From: Kiritimatiellia bacterium
Lineage (GTDB): Bacteria; Verrucomicrobiota; Kiritimatiellia; JAAZAB01
Assembly: GCA_040767085.1 (NCBI GenBank)
Contig: JAXGPF010000005.1
Span: 192,001 to 256,000, forward strand
DNA: 64,000 nucleotides
Direction: 5' to 3'
Below the pieces are notes generated by a model that did no database searches, was not told where the DNA came from, and was given only the letters and a program-made list of their open reading frames with translations. Of the stretch, positions 1-8,524 are shown in pieces. Made by a program: the position numbers and the translations under genes. Positions within the stretch are counted from its first letter, which is position 1. Every line of letters starts with the position of its first letter.

Positions 1-747
1 ATGGAACTGACGCCGCTGGCGGCCATCTGCCTGGCCTTCACTTTCATGTACAAATTCATGCCCAACACGCGGGTGCGGCTCGGTCCGGCGCTGGTCAGCG
101 GCATCATCGGCGGTTCGCTCTGGGTGGGCTGGCAGCGGATTTACATCGCCACGCAACTCGGCGTCAGCAATTATAACAAAATCTACGCCGCTTTCGCGTC
201 GGTGCCGATTTTCCTGTTCTGGCTGTACGTCTCCTGGCAGATCGTGCTGCTGGGCGCGGAGATCGGCTTTGCCATGCAGAATTACGCCACTTACAAACTG
301 GAGCAACGCGCCCATGACGCCAGCATGCTTTCGCGCATCATGCTGGCGATGTCCGTCATTTCCCACGCCGCCCAGTCCATGATGGTGAATGTGCCGCATT
401 TCGAAGTGTCCGCCTACGCCCGCCAGCACCGCGTGCCGGTGCGCCTGATCAACGAAGTGCTGGACGCTCTGGCGGCCGCCGGATTGATGGCGGAGATCGC
501 CGGCGGCGAGGGCAAATACGTGCTGTTGAAATCTCCCGAGTCCATCCGCGTACGGGAAATCATTTATACCATGCTTCAGACCGGCGCCACCCCGCAGAGC
601 CTGGGGCTGGAGCGGCTGAACCCGGCCATCCGGCATGTCCTGGGCAAGATGGACAACGGCACGGCGGAAGCCTTGAAGGATTTTAATGTGCCCGACCTGC
701 TGCAACTGCATTCCCGGCTGGCCCAGCAGGATACGCCGAAGGTCTGA
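1..747 (+). CDS. YihY/BrkB-family inner membrane protein with C-terminal Rrf2-like winged helix (probably 5'-truncated by window)
   Basis: Hydrophobic helices with YKFMPN and IYAAFASVPIFLFWLYVSWQIVLLGAE, typical of YihY, followed by an HTH-like tail (VPVRLINEVLDALAAAGL). Confidence 0.8.
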   Translation: MELTPLAAICLAFTFMYKFMPNTRVRLGPALVSGIIGGSLWVGWQRIYIATQLGVSNYNKIYAAFASVPIFLFWLYVSWQIVLLGAEIGFAMQNYATYKLEQRAHDASMLSRIMLAMSVISHAAQSMMVNVPHFEVSAYARQHRVPVRLINEVLDALAAAGLMAEIAGGEGKYVLLKSPESIRVREIIYTMLQTGATPQSLGLERLNPAIRHVLGKMDNGTAEALKDFNVPDLLQLHSRLAQQDTPKV

Positions 748-762
748 TACTGGAAAAATATT

Positions 763-1710
763 ATGGATCAACCTATAATACGCGCGGGCGTGATTGGTGT
801 CGGCAGTCTCGGCCAATGGCATGCCCGCATCTATTCCGAATTACCGGGGGTGGAACTGGCGGGTGTGTACGACGCCAATCCCGCGCGCGCCGAGGAAATC
901 GCCGCGCGCTACCACACCCGCGCTTTCCATGACATGGCGGAACTGGCCGGCCAGATTGAAGCGGCCAGCATCGCCGTGCCGGCCGACCGCCACAGCGCGG
1001 TCGCCGCCGAGTTGCTCGCCCGGGACGTGCACCTGTTGGTTGAAAAACCCATTGCGACGCGCACCGACGACGCCGAAGCCATGGTGAACCTGGCGCATGA
1101 CCGCAACCTTATTCTGCAGGTCGGCCATGTCGAGCGGTTCAATCCCGTCCTGCATTACCTGGAGCAGATTCTGGTGAATCCCCGCTTTATCGAGGCCCAC
1201 CGCCTGGCGCCCTACCCGCCGCCCCGGCCCGGCCAGCCGCCGCGCGGCACGGAAATCAGCGTGGTGCTGGATTTGATGATCCACGACCTGGAAGTCATCC
1301 TGCACCTGGTGCGTTCTCCCGTCGCAACCATCCATGCCGTGGGCGTGCCGGTGCTGAGCGCCAGCGAGGACATCGCCAACGTGCGCCTGACGTTTGCCAA
1401 CGGCTGCGTGGCCAACGTCACCACCAGCCGCATCAGCCCGGAGTTGATGCGCAAAATCCGGGTTTTCCAGGAAGACACCTATATTTCCCTCGATTACCAG
1501 AAACAGGCCGGGGAATTGTACCGCAAGCAGGACGGCCGTATTGTCAAAAGCGCCGTCCCCATCGAAAAAGGCGAGCCGCTGGCGGTCGAATTGGCAGCTT
1601 TCATCGACTGCGTGCGCCAACGCGCGCAACCGCTGGTCAGCGGGGAACAGGGCACGCAGGCCCTGCGGCTGGCCGCTGAAATCTGCCGGCAATTGCGCGC
1701 CCAGCGCTGA
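763..1710 (+). CDS. Gfo/Idh/MocA oxidoreductase, GnnA-like (possible UDP-GlcNAc 3-dehydrogenase)
   Basis: GVGSLG Rossmann motif, EKP, VGHVERFNP and DLMIHD; directly upstream of lpxB. Confidence 0.8.
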   Translation: MDQPIIRAGVIGVGSLGQWHARIYSELPGVELAGVYDANPARAEEIAARYHTRAFHDMAELAGQIEAASIAVPADRHSAVAAELLARDVHLLVEKPIATRTDDAEAMVNLAHDRNLILQVGHVERFNPVLHYLEQILVNPRFIEAHRLAPYPPPRPGQPPRGTEISVVLDLMIHDLEVILHLVRSPVATIHAVGVPVLSASEDIANVRLTFANGCVANVTTSRISPELMRKIRVFQEDTYISLDYQKQAGELYRKQDGRIVKSAVPIEKGEPLAVELAAFIDCVRQRAQPLVSGEQGTQALRLAAEICRQLRAQR

Positions 1711-1752
1711 TCATCGGTGAACTCTGGCGGCGATGCGAACAGGCCGGCGATT

Positions 1753-2958
1753 ATGCCCGAAAAATCCATCATGCTCATTGCGGGCGAGTTTTCCGGCGAT
1801 ATGCACGCCGCCGCCATTGTCCGCGCCATCCGGCGCCGCGCGCCGGATGTCAACATATTCGGCATCGGCGGCGCGGCCTTGCGCCAGGCCGGCATGGAAA
1901 TCGTTTACGATGCGCGCGAAATGGCGGTGCTGGGCTTGACGGAAGTGCTGCGCAAATATTTCTTCTTCCGGCGCGTTTTCCACGCCATGCTGGACCTGGC
2001 CCGGCAGCGCCGGCCGGCCGCCGTCCTGCTGGTGGATTACCCCGGATTTAACCTGCGGTTCGCCGCCGCCGCCAAGGCGGCGGGACTGAAAGTCATCTAT
2101 TACGTCTGCCCGCAAGTCTGGGCCTGGCACCGCGGCCGTATCCCCGCCATGGCCCGGGACATTGACCGGCTGCTGACCATCTTCCCTTTTGAGCCGCCCT
2201 TGTTCGAAGGCTCGGGTCTGGCGGCGGATTTTGTCGGACACCCGCTGGTGGCCGAAACCGCCGCCGCGCTCCAGGCGCCGGCCGCGGCGCTGCCCTGGCA
2301 ATCCGGCGCGCCGCGCATCGCTTTATTGCCCGGCAGCCGCCGCCATGAAATCCAGCGCCTCTTCCCCGTGATGTGGCAAACGGCGCTCCGCCTGGAGCAA
2401 AAACACCCCCAGGCCGCCTTCATCGCCGCCGCGCCATCGGCCGAAGCGGCCCAGTGGATTCAAACGGCGCTGGCGCCATTATCCAGATCCGGGCCCGGCC
2501 CGAAACGTTTCGCCATCACCGCCGGCCAGACCCGCCAGGTGCTGCGGCAAGCCGATGCCGCGCTCGTGGCTTCCGGCACCGCCACCCTGGAAACCGCCTT
2601 GCTGCGCTGCCCCATGGTCGTGGTCTACAAGGTATCCGCCGCCACTTACCTGGCCGGGCGCATGTTGATCCGCGTGCCCTACCTGGGCATGGTCAACCTG
2701 CTCTGGCGCCACCTGGACCCCGATCCCGCCCATAACCCGCTGTGCCCGGAATTCATTCAGCAGGCTGCCCGCCCGGACCGCCTGGCCGACGCCTTGGAGC
2801 CGCTGCTGTCGCCAACCCCGCGCCGCCAGGCGATGCTGGCCGGCTTGAACCGCGTCGGCGCCGCGCTGGGCGGCGGCGGCGGCGCCGACCGCGCCGCGGA
2901 AATCGTGCTGTCCGAGATTGGCATGGCGGACAGCGCCCGCCCGGCCGCGGATTTTTAA
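1753..2958 (+). CDS. lpxB: Lipid-A-disaccharide synthase
   Basis: AGEFSGD, DYPGFN, PQVWAW, FVGHPL, LLPGSR and SGTATLE motifs; ATG at 1753. Confidence 0.95.
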   Translation: MPEKSIMLIAGEFSGDMHAAAIVRAIRRRAPDVNIFGIGGAALRQAGMEIVYDAREMAVLGLTEVLRKYFFFRRVFHAMLDLARQRRPAAVLLVDYPGFNLRFAAAAKAAGLKVIYYVCPQVWAWHRGRIPAMARDIDRLLTIFPFEPPLFEGSGLAADFVGHPLVAETAAALQAPAAALPWQSGAPRIALLPGSRRHEIQRLFPVMWQTALRLEQKHPQAAFIAAAPSAEAAQWIQTALAPLSRSGPGPKRFAITAGQTRQVLRQADAALVASGTATLETALLRCPMVVVYKVSAATYLAGRMLIRVPYLGMVNLLWRHLDPDPAHNPLCPEFIQQAARPDRLADALEPLLSPTPRRQAMLAGLNRVGAALGGGGGADRAAEIVLSEIGMADSARPAADF

Positions 2959-2996
2959 AATTGCGGCATTAGCCGCGTAGCCCGGGAGACACCATC

Positions 2997-3974
2997 ATGC
3001 CGCAACCGTTTGGGTTCAGTTTTTCGGAATCGCTTATGGCGCAACTGGCCGGAGTCGCGCTGCATGATACGCACTTCGACGCCGAGGCGATTTTCCAGGT
3101 TTACGACCGCATCCGGCCGCTGGCGGACGAACTGGGCGTACCCGCTCCCAAACCCAGGCTGGCCGGGTTCGCTTACTCGCATGTCGCCGCCTTGGGCGCG
3201 CGGATCGTCTTCGCCGAAGATGGCGAGCCGAATGTCGAGCCGATGATCCATGCCCTGGAAGATATTGACCGGCTCCGGCCGCCCGCGGATTACCTGGCCG
3301 CCCCCCTCGTTCAGAACAGGCTGCGGCTGGCGGCGGAACTGGGCCGCCGGCGGCCGGACGCGCTGGGGACATTCATCGGCCACTACAACGAAGGGCCGCT
3401 GACGACCGCCGGCCTGCTGATGGGCCCCGACTTCTTCACGCTGTTATACGACGATCCGTCGCGCGCCCATAAGCTGCTGAAGTTCAGCTCGGAAACCGCC
3501 CTGCAATTCGGCCGGGCGCTCCACCGGCATTGGTTCGGCGCGGCCCCATCGAAACCGCGCGGCCTGGCCGACGACTTCGCCGGCATGCTGCCCCCGGCCA
3601 TGTTCGGCGAATTCGTTGTGCCATACTGGAACATGTATTATGCCGGCCAGCCGGCCGGGCCGCGATCCCTGCACAGCGAGTTGCTGCGTGAAGACCACCT
3701 GCCTTATTTGCGCGAGGCGCAGATTGCTGTTTTCGACCCGGGCGCCGACCAGTACCTCACCCCGGAACTCCTGCGCCGGAAATGCCCCTGCCCATTCCGC
3801 ATCTTGATCAAATCCTGGGAAATCAACGACATGACCGCCGGCCAGCTTGAAAAGTATTACCGCAACACCGCGGCCTGCCAGCCGCTAAATATCAGGTTTT
3901 CGATGGATTCAATGGAGCAACTGGAAAAAATCAAGCGGCTGCTGCAAGTCGCCCGCGAGCTGGCGGCAGCGTAA
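2997..3974 (+). CDS. Uroporphyrinogen decarboxylase/MtaA-like TIM-barrel protein
   Basis: EGPLTTAGLLMG...LYDDP and ADDFAGMLPPAMFGEFVVPY resemble the URO-D/CIMS-like superfamily. Confidence 0.6.
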   Translation: MPQPFGFSFSESLMAQLAGVALHDTHFDAEAIFQVYDRIRPLADELGVPAPKPRLAGFAYSHVAALGARIVFAEDGEPNVEPMIHALEDIDRLRPPADYLAAPLVQNRLRLAAELGRRRPDALGTFIGHYNEGPLTTAGLLMGPDFFTLLYDDPSRAHKLLKFSSETALQFGRALHRHWFGAAPSKPRGLADDFAGMLPPAMFGEFVVPYWNMYYAGQPAGPRSLHSELLREDHLPYLREAQIAVFDPGADQYLTPELLRRKCPCPFRILIKSWEINDMTAGQLEKYYRNTAACQPLNIRFSMDSMEQLEKIKRLLQVARELAAA

Positions 3975-4121
3975 ATATTTCAAAAGTCGTCCCCTGCCAC
4001 CTTGCGTGGCAGGAACGAAACGGCATCGGTGGTCGGACCAAAGCAACTTGTTGTAAACCATAGTAATACGTTCCATAGAACAAGACGGCTTGATGCTGAA
4101 ACAGAACTGTGGCAGGGTGGC

Positions 4122-4151
4122 ATTGACCCCGTGTCAATAATGCGCTATTGT
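4122..4151 (+). promoter_or_regulatory. Sigma70-type promoter of the methyltransferase with overlapping inverted repeat
   Basis: TTGACC (4123-4128), 17-bp spacer, TATTGT (4146-4151); the palindrome ATTGAC-N5-GTCAAT (4122-4138) covers the -35 box. Confidence 0.55.
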
Positions 4152-4157
4152 AAATCC

Positions 4158-5117
4158 ATGTTTAAGAAAGATTACAGAATTGCGGATCGCTTCGCCGCCG
4201 GCGAGCGCATCGTTGTTTATCCTGGCAACTGCATTGACATGCTCCGATCCTGCCCGGACGGAATTTTTGGCTTGGTTGTGACTTCACCGCCTTACAATAT
4301 CGGCAAGGAATATGAGAATAGGCTGAAACTCGACGCGTACCTTGAGCAGCAAGCCGCGGTTATAAGCGAATGCGTTCGTTGTCTTTCGCCCCGTGGGAGT
4401 ATCTGCTGGCAGGTCGGCAACTATGTCGATAATGGAGCGATCATCCCGCTGGATACGGTTCTCTACCCCATTTTTAAGAATCTAGGCTTACGGATGCGCA
4501 ACCGCATTATCTGGCATTTCGAACACGGCCTGCATTGTTCCAAACGGTTTTCCGGCCGATATGAGACGATAATCTGGTTCACAAAGACTGACGATTATGT
4601 TTTTGATTTGGACCCGGTGCGAATTCCACAAAAATACCCCGGCAAGAAGTATTTCAAAGGGCCAAAAGCGGGAAAATATTCCTGCAATCCTCTGGGAAAA
4701 AATCCAGGCGATCTTTGGGTGATCCCAAATGTGAAGAGCAACCATGTCGAAAAGACCGACCATCCATGCCAATTCCCCGTTGAATTGATCGAACGGCTGG
4801 TTCTCTCGATGACTCGCGAAGATGACTGGGTTTTTGATCCTTTCCTTGGCACCGGGACTTCTGTAATTGCAGCCGTGCGGCATGGCCGCAAGGGCGCCGG
4901 GGCGGAGACGATCCCGAAATATGTGAACTTGGCAACGGCGAGAATCGAAGCGGAACTGGCCGGCACTCTCAGAACCCGCCCGATGAACAAGCCGGTTTAC
5001 GACCCGGTCGAAGCCGGGAATACCCTGACAATCGCCCCTTGGACAGCCAAGCAAGATGCGTCGCAGCTGGCGCTCTTGGAGAAAGCTCGAAAACGGGAAA
5101 GGTACTCCACTCGATGA
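4158..5117 (+). CDS. Beta-class N4-cytosine DNA methyltransferase (M.BstYI/M.BglII-like)
   Basis: Catalytic TSPPY precedes the SAM-binding DPFLGTGT; HPCQFP motif; its stop overlaps the endonuclease start (ATGA at 5114-5117). Confidence 0.92.
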   Translation: MFKKDYRIADRFAAGERIVVYPGNCIDMLRSCPDGIFGLVVTSPPYNIGKEYENRLKLDAYLEQQAAVISECVRCLSPRGSICWQVGNYVDNGAIIPLDTVLYPIFKNLGLRMRNRIIWHFEHGLHCSKRFSGRYETIIWFTKTDDYVFDLDPVRIPQKYPGKKYFKGPKAGKYSCNPLGKNPGDLWVIPNVKSNHVEKTDHPCQFPVELIERLVLSMTREDDWVFDPFLGTGTSVIAAVRHGRKGAGAETIPKYVNLATARIEAELAGTLRTRPMNKPVYDPVEAGNTLTIAPWTAKQDASQLALLEKARKRERYSTR

Positions 5118-5725
5118 AAATCGCAGAAACCTATTCACACCTTAATGGTCTTGAATTTCTCATAGTCCATAAGCCTAAACTATGGAAAGAGATTCAAGAC
5201 GTCATTGCCGCGTTGGACGCCAGAAAGTGCAAGACCAAGGTCTCGAAAGAGAAGACTATGAAAGGCGAACTGCTTTTCAGTCCAATCGACATGAATGCTG
5301 CTTTCAAACGATTGCTGCGAGCCAAATCGTGGGAAGAAAGCCGGGTGAGTTATTGGGTCACGCGCAGCGAGAAGTTGATTCGCAGGACTCTGACGATGCC
5401 CGCGGCAAACCAGAAGAAAGAGATCGAAGCAGCGGGTGAAAACCCCATATTCAGTTACAACCAGACCGATTTTGTGAAGGACCGGGTTGCCGTTGAGGTG
5501 CAGTTTGGAAAGTACGCTTTCGTAGCCTACGATTTGTTCGTTAAGCACCTCGCCTTCTACGTCGGCGACCACATTGATGTTGGAGTCGAAATCCTGCCGA
5601 TGAAGTCGCTGCAGAGTCAAATGAGTTCCGGAGTAGCATACTACGAAGGCGAATTCTACAATGTCGTCCGACAAGGGCGCGGAGTACCCGCTGTTCCTTT
5701 GATCCTTATAGGAATTGCACCGTAA
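5114..5725 (+). CDS. BglII/BstYI-family type II restriction endonuclease (likely RGATCY)
   Basis: 203 aa; YSHLNGLE, SYNQTDFVKDRVAVEVQFGKY, MSSGVAYYEGE and RQGRGVPAVP closely match BstYI as recalled. Confidence 0.9.
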   Translation: MKIAETYSHLNGLEFLIVHKPKLWKEIQDVIAALDARKCKTKVSKEKTMKGELLFSPIDMNAAFKRLLRAKSWEESRVSYWVTRSEKLIRRTLTMPAANQKKEIEAAGENPIFSYNQTDFVKDRVAVEVQFGKYAFVAYDLFVKHLAFYVGDHIDVGVEILPMKSLQSQMSSGVAYYEGEFYNVVRQGRGVPAVPLILIGIAP

Positions 5726-5942
5726 ATGGGCTGGTTTGGAATCGGTATCTGGCAGCCGTTTCCGCTGGCAGTCGTGGATACAGGCTGCGGACTGCAAAGT
5801 CAGGCCGCTATCGGGAAAAGGGGCAAGGATTATGGCTGTTTTTATGTTGTCGGGCTAGGGAATCCTGAACATCCATGGCTGATTCACCCGGCGATGTAAG
5901 TGCTTGATCTTCCGGGTCGCTGCCGACAGTGTTCTTCCCGAA

Positions 5943-6029
5943 GAACCGCAGAATATCCAATAAAGAACCGTAGAATCTCGAAGTTCTGGCTTTCAGTGTT
6001 CGACATTCGCTGTTCGATATTCTGCGGTT
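5943..6029. repeat. Inverted-repeat element with ~7-bp periodic subunits
   Basis: AACCGCAGAATATC ... GATATTCTGCGGTT arms, with internal AGAAT/TTCGA-type periodic units. Confidence 0.6.
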
Positions 6030-6351
6030 TTCGCTAATCCGTTTGTATTCAAACGCTTGCGGTGACACGGGAATTAGCCTTGCCTGAACATCTAAAAAAC
6101 AAATTTTGGTGTTGACGCCGAAAATGCGTCGTTACAGGATCATGGCGGATGGGCGGCATACGATCAAGACCAAGTATCGGGTCGAGTCCTGGTTCCGAAG
6201 CGTCAGGTCTTGCATAAAATGCAGTAATGCGGTTTTCCGCAGCGCTCTGACCTCATTATCGGTGCCGTCCCACCTCTACCCTCCCAAGCCGCTGAAATAA
6301 ATTGCATGTCTTTCACACATGCACGGCATTGATGGCCAAGGCATTGGCAGT

Positions 6352-6978
6352 TCAATATTTTGATATTTTACCCTGTATCGTCCGGCATCCCCACACCCCG
6401 GCCAGGTCGGCCGCCAGTTTCTTCAGGCTCATAACCGGATCGTTCCAGCTTTGATGCATGGCATCCACCGCCGCGGTCACCACCGGATCACAATGTTCAT
6501 GATGACTGCCGGCAATGCGCGAGAGAATCTCAAACGCTATGGCGCTTGACCGCAATTCATTTTGCCGGGCGGGATGGGCAAGTGTTTGCCGCAAGCGCAG
6601 AAACAGATGGACCGGCGGAACGCCGGCATCGCGAATCTCCGCCTCCAACCCGAAGGCGGCGACAGTTGACTCCGCCAACGGCCCATCCAGAGTCAGCCAG
6701 TGAAGTGCCCAAACCGTCTGGCCGGCATAATAATGATGCAACATGCCGGAAAACAGGACGGCCGCCTGGTTTTTATGCAATTCCCGCGCGCGGCCTTTGA
6801 TGATAATCGTTCCGGCGCCCGACTGGCATCAGAACAACTGTATGAAGGGTATGATTTTCTTCACCGATTCGCAGTCATGGTCAACCTTGTAATTGCCGAC
6901 ACTGCGCACACCGAACGGAATTTCCGGCGCGGGCGACGGCGCCGGGCGGAAAACATCCTTGTGCAAACTGAACTTCAT
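6352..6978 (-). pseudogene. AraC-family regulator pseudogene
   Basis: Reads MKFSLHKD...PFGVRSVGNY...FIQLF*CQSGAG, with an in-frame TGA at 6829-6831 where Trp is expected; cupin domain present, HTH truncated after LKKLAADL. Confidence 0.75.
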
Positions 6979-7004
6979 CACAGATCGGCCCTTTTGCAAA
7001 AACA

Positions 7005-7522
7005 GACTGTGGCTATGGAATGTCTACCAAGACCGCTTTAAGAAATGCTCGAAGGCCATGCTAGACTTCTACCACCTCAGCCAGCACCTCCATGCCCTCG
7101 GAGCCGCATTGTATGGCGTGGACTCGCCAAAGGCATCGGCATGGCGCGAAAGAATCCTGCACGACCTCAAGCACAAGTCACCAAAACGCTTGTTCAAAAC
7201 CTTGGATCAACTTTTGGAAGCCCCCCCCCTTCCGCCGATCCGCAGCTGCTGGACGCCATCCGCGAACAGAACGCCTACTTTAAAAACCACGCCAACCACA
7301 TGGATTACGCCACACACGCCGCCTTAGGCGTGCCGATCGGGAGCGGCCCTGTGGAGTCCTTGTGCGCCCAGTTCCAGAATCGCCTCAAACGCACCGGCCA
7401 GTTCTGGACTAAAACCGGCTTCGCCGCGCTCCTGCGGGTCACCGTCAGATATTGGAACCGGAAACTCGACTTCCTCTGGCGGGTCGCAGCTTGATCAAGA
7501 TCAATGAATCGCAGATGCGCCC
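7005..7522 (+). mobile_element. ISKra4/UPF0236-type transposase C-terminal remnant with probable right end
   Basis: WLWN...LDFYHLSQHL, then a frameshift in the C-run near 7222-7230 to MDY...PIGSGPVES...RLKRTGQFW; ends near GATGCGCCC (~7522); no N-terminal half. Confidence 0.75.
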
Positions 7523-7626
7523 CTGCGCTATTACGCTACCAAATTGCGATTGACATTTTTCCTGTCATTGTATAAATAAAAAGTGAAAAGTGCAGTTTGC
7601 GCGTGACTTTCATGCTGGAACAGCCT

Positions 7627-8415
7627 ATGCGAAGGATATTTTCCAAGGGGGTGATGATCGCGGCACTGGTGCTGGCATCGACAACGGTCCGCGGAGATTG
7701 GAAAACTAATTTATTATACCGGACGTCTTCCGAGGGCATGCCGTATCGCTTGTTCGTGCCCTGGGGATACGATCCGGCCAACGCCTACCCGGCCGTGTTG
7801 TACCTGCATTCGGGAGGCTCCGAGGGCACCAACAACGAGAGTCATCTGCAGTATGAACTGGCAATGACGAATTTTATGGCTGCCGGAGCTTTCTTGGTGT
7901 GTCCGCAGGCAACGAATGAATATGGCTGGACAGTCCAGCAGGAGGTTGACCGGGCGCACATATGCCTTGTCGAGGTGCAGACTAATTACAATATCAACAG
8001 CCGGCGCTTGTATCTCGCCGGCGTATCCCGGGGAGGCCACGGAACGTGGTGTATGGCGGCAACTTATACAAACACATTCGCGGCAATCAACCCGATGGCC
8101 GCGTGGGGAGACGGCTGGACGAGTTCGCCGTCATTATGGGCGCCTCATCTCATCCATACGCCGGCATGGGCGATGCACAGTTTGGATGACACGGTCATTC
8201 CGTGGGAGTGCGACCAGCACATGGTTGATGAAATTGGATTGGCGATCACAAATGCCGGCGGGAGTGTTAATACAAATCTGCTGAAATTATCCCTTTTCCC
8301 CGCCGCCGGGCATGGCCAGGTATGTGATCGAGGTTATTCGGAAACCGACATCGTGGCATGGCTGTTCAGCAAGGAGCTTAGACGGACCGAGGGCTCGGTT
8401 TTTATGTCTCGATAA
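7627..8415 (+). CDS. Secreted alpha/beta hydrolase (esterase/peptidase-like)
   Basis: Signal peptide, YPAVLYLH, GVSRGG nucleophile elbow, D and H triad candidates; ends GSVFMSR. Confidence 0.8.
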   Translation: MRRIFSKGVMIAALVLASTTVRGDWKTNLLYRTSSEGMPYRLFVPWGYDPANAYPAVLYLHSGGSEGTNNESHLQYELAMTNFMAAGAFLVCPQATNEYGWTVQQEVDRAHICLVEVQTNYNINSRRLYLAGVSRGGHGTWCMAATYTNTFAAINPMAAWGDGWTSSPSLWAPHLIHTPAWAMHSLDDTVIPWECDQHMVDEIGLAITNAGGSVNTNLLKLSLFPAAGHGQVCDRGYSETDIVAWLFSKELRRTEGSVFMSR

Positions 8416-8524
8416 ATTTGGCGACTAACAGGAGTGTGCGGGAACAGGATTATATGGAGGGACGTCAGGCGCAGGACTTCGGGAACAGGGGGAACCGGAA
8501 CCCGGATTATGGCCGGCTCCGAGC

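Noticed and set aside
6106-6300. Small ORF after the R-M pair as a possible controller or toxin
   Set aside because: No HTH or toxin signature is recognisable, so it cannot be supported.
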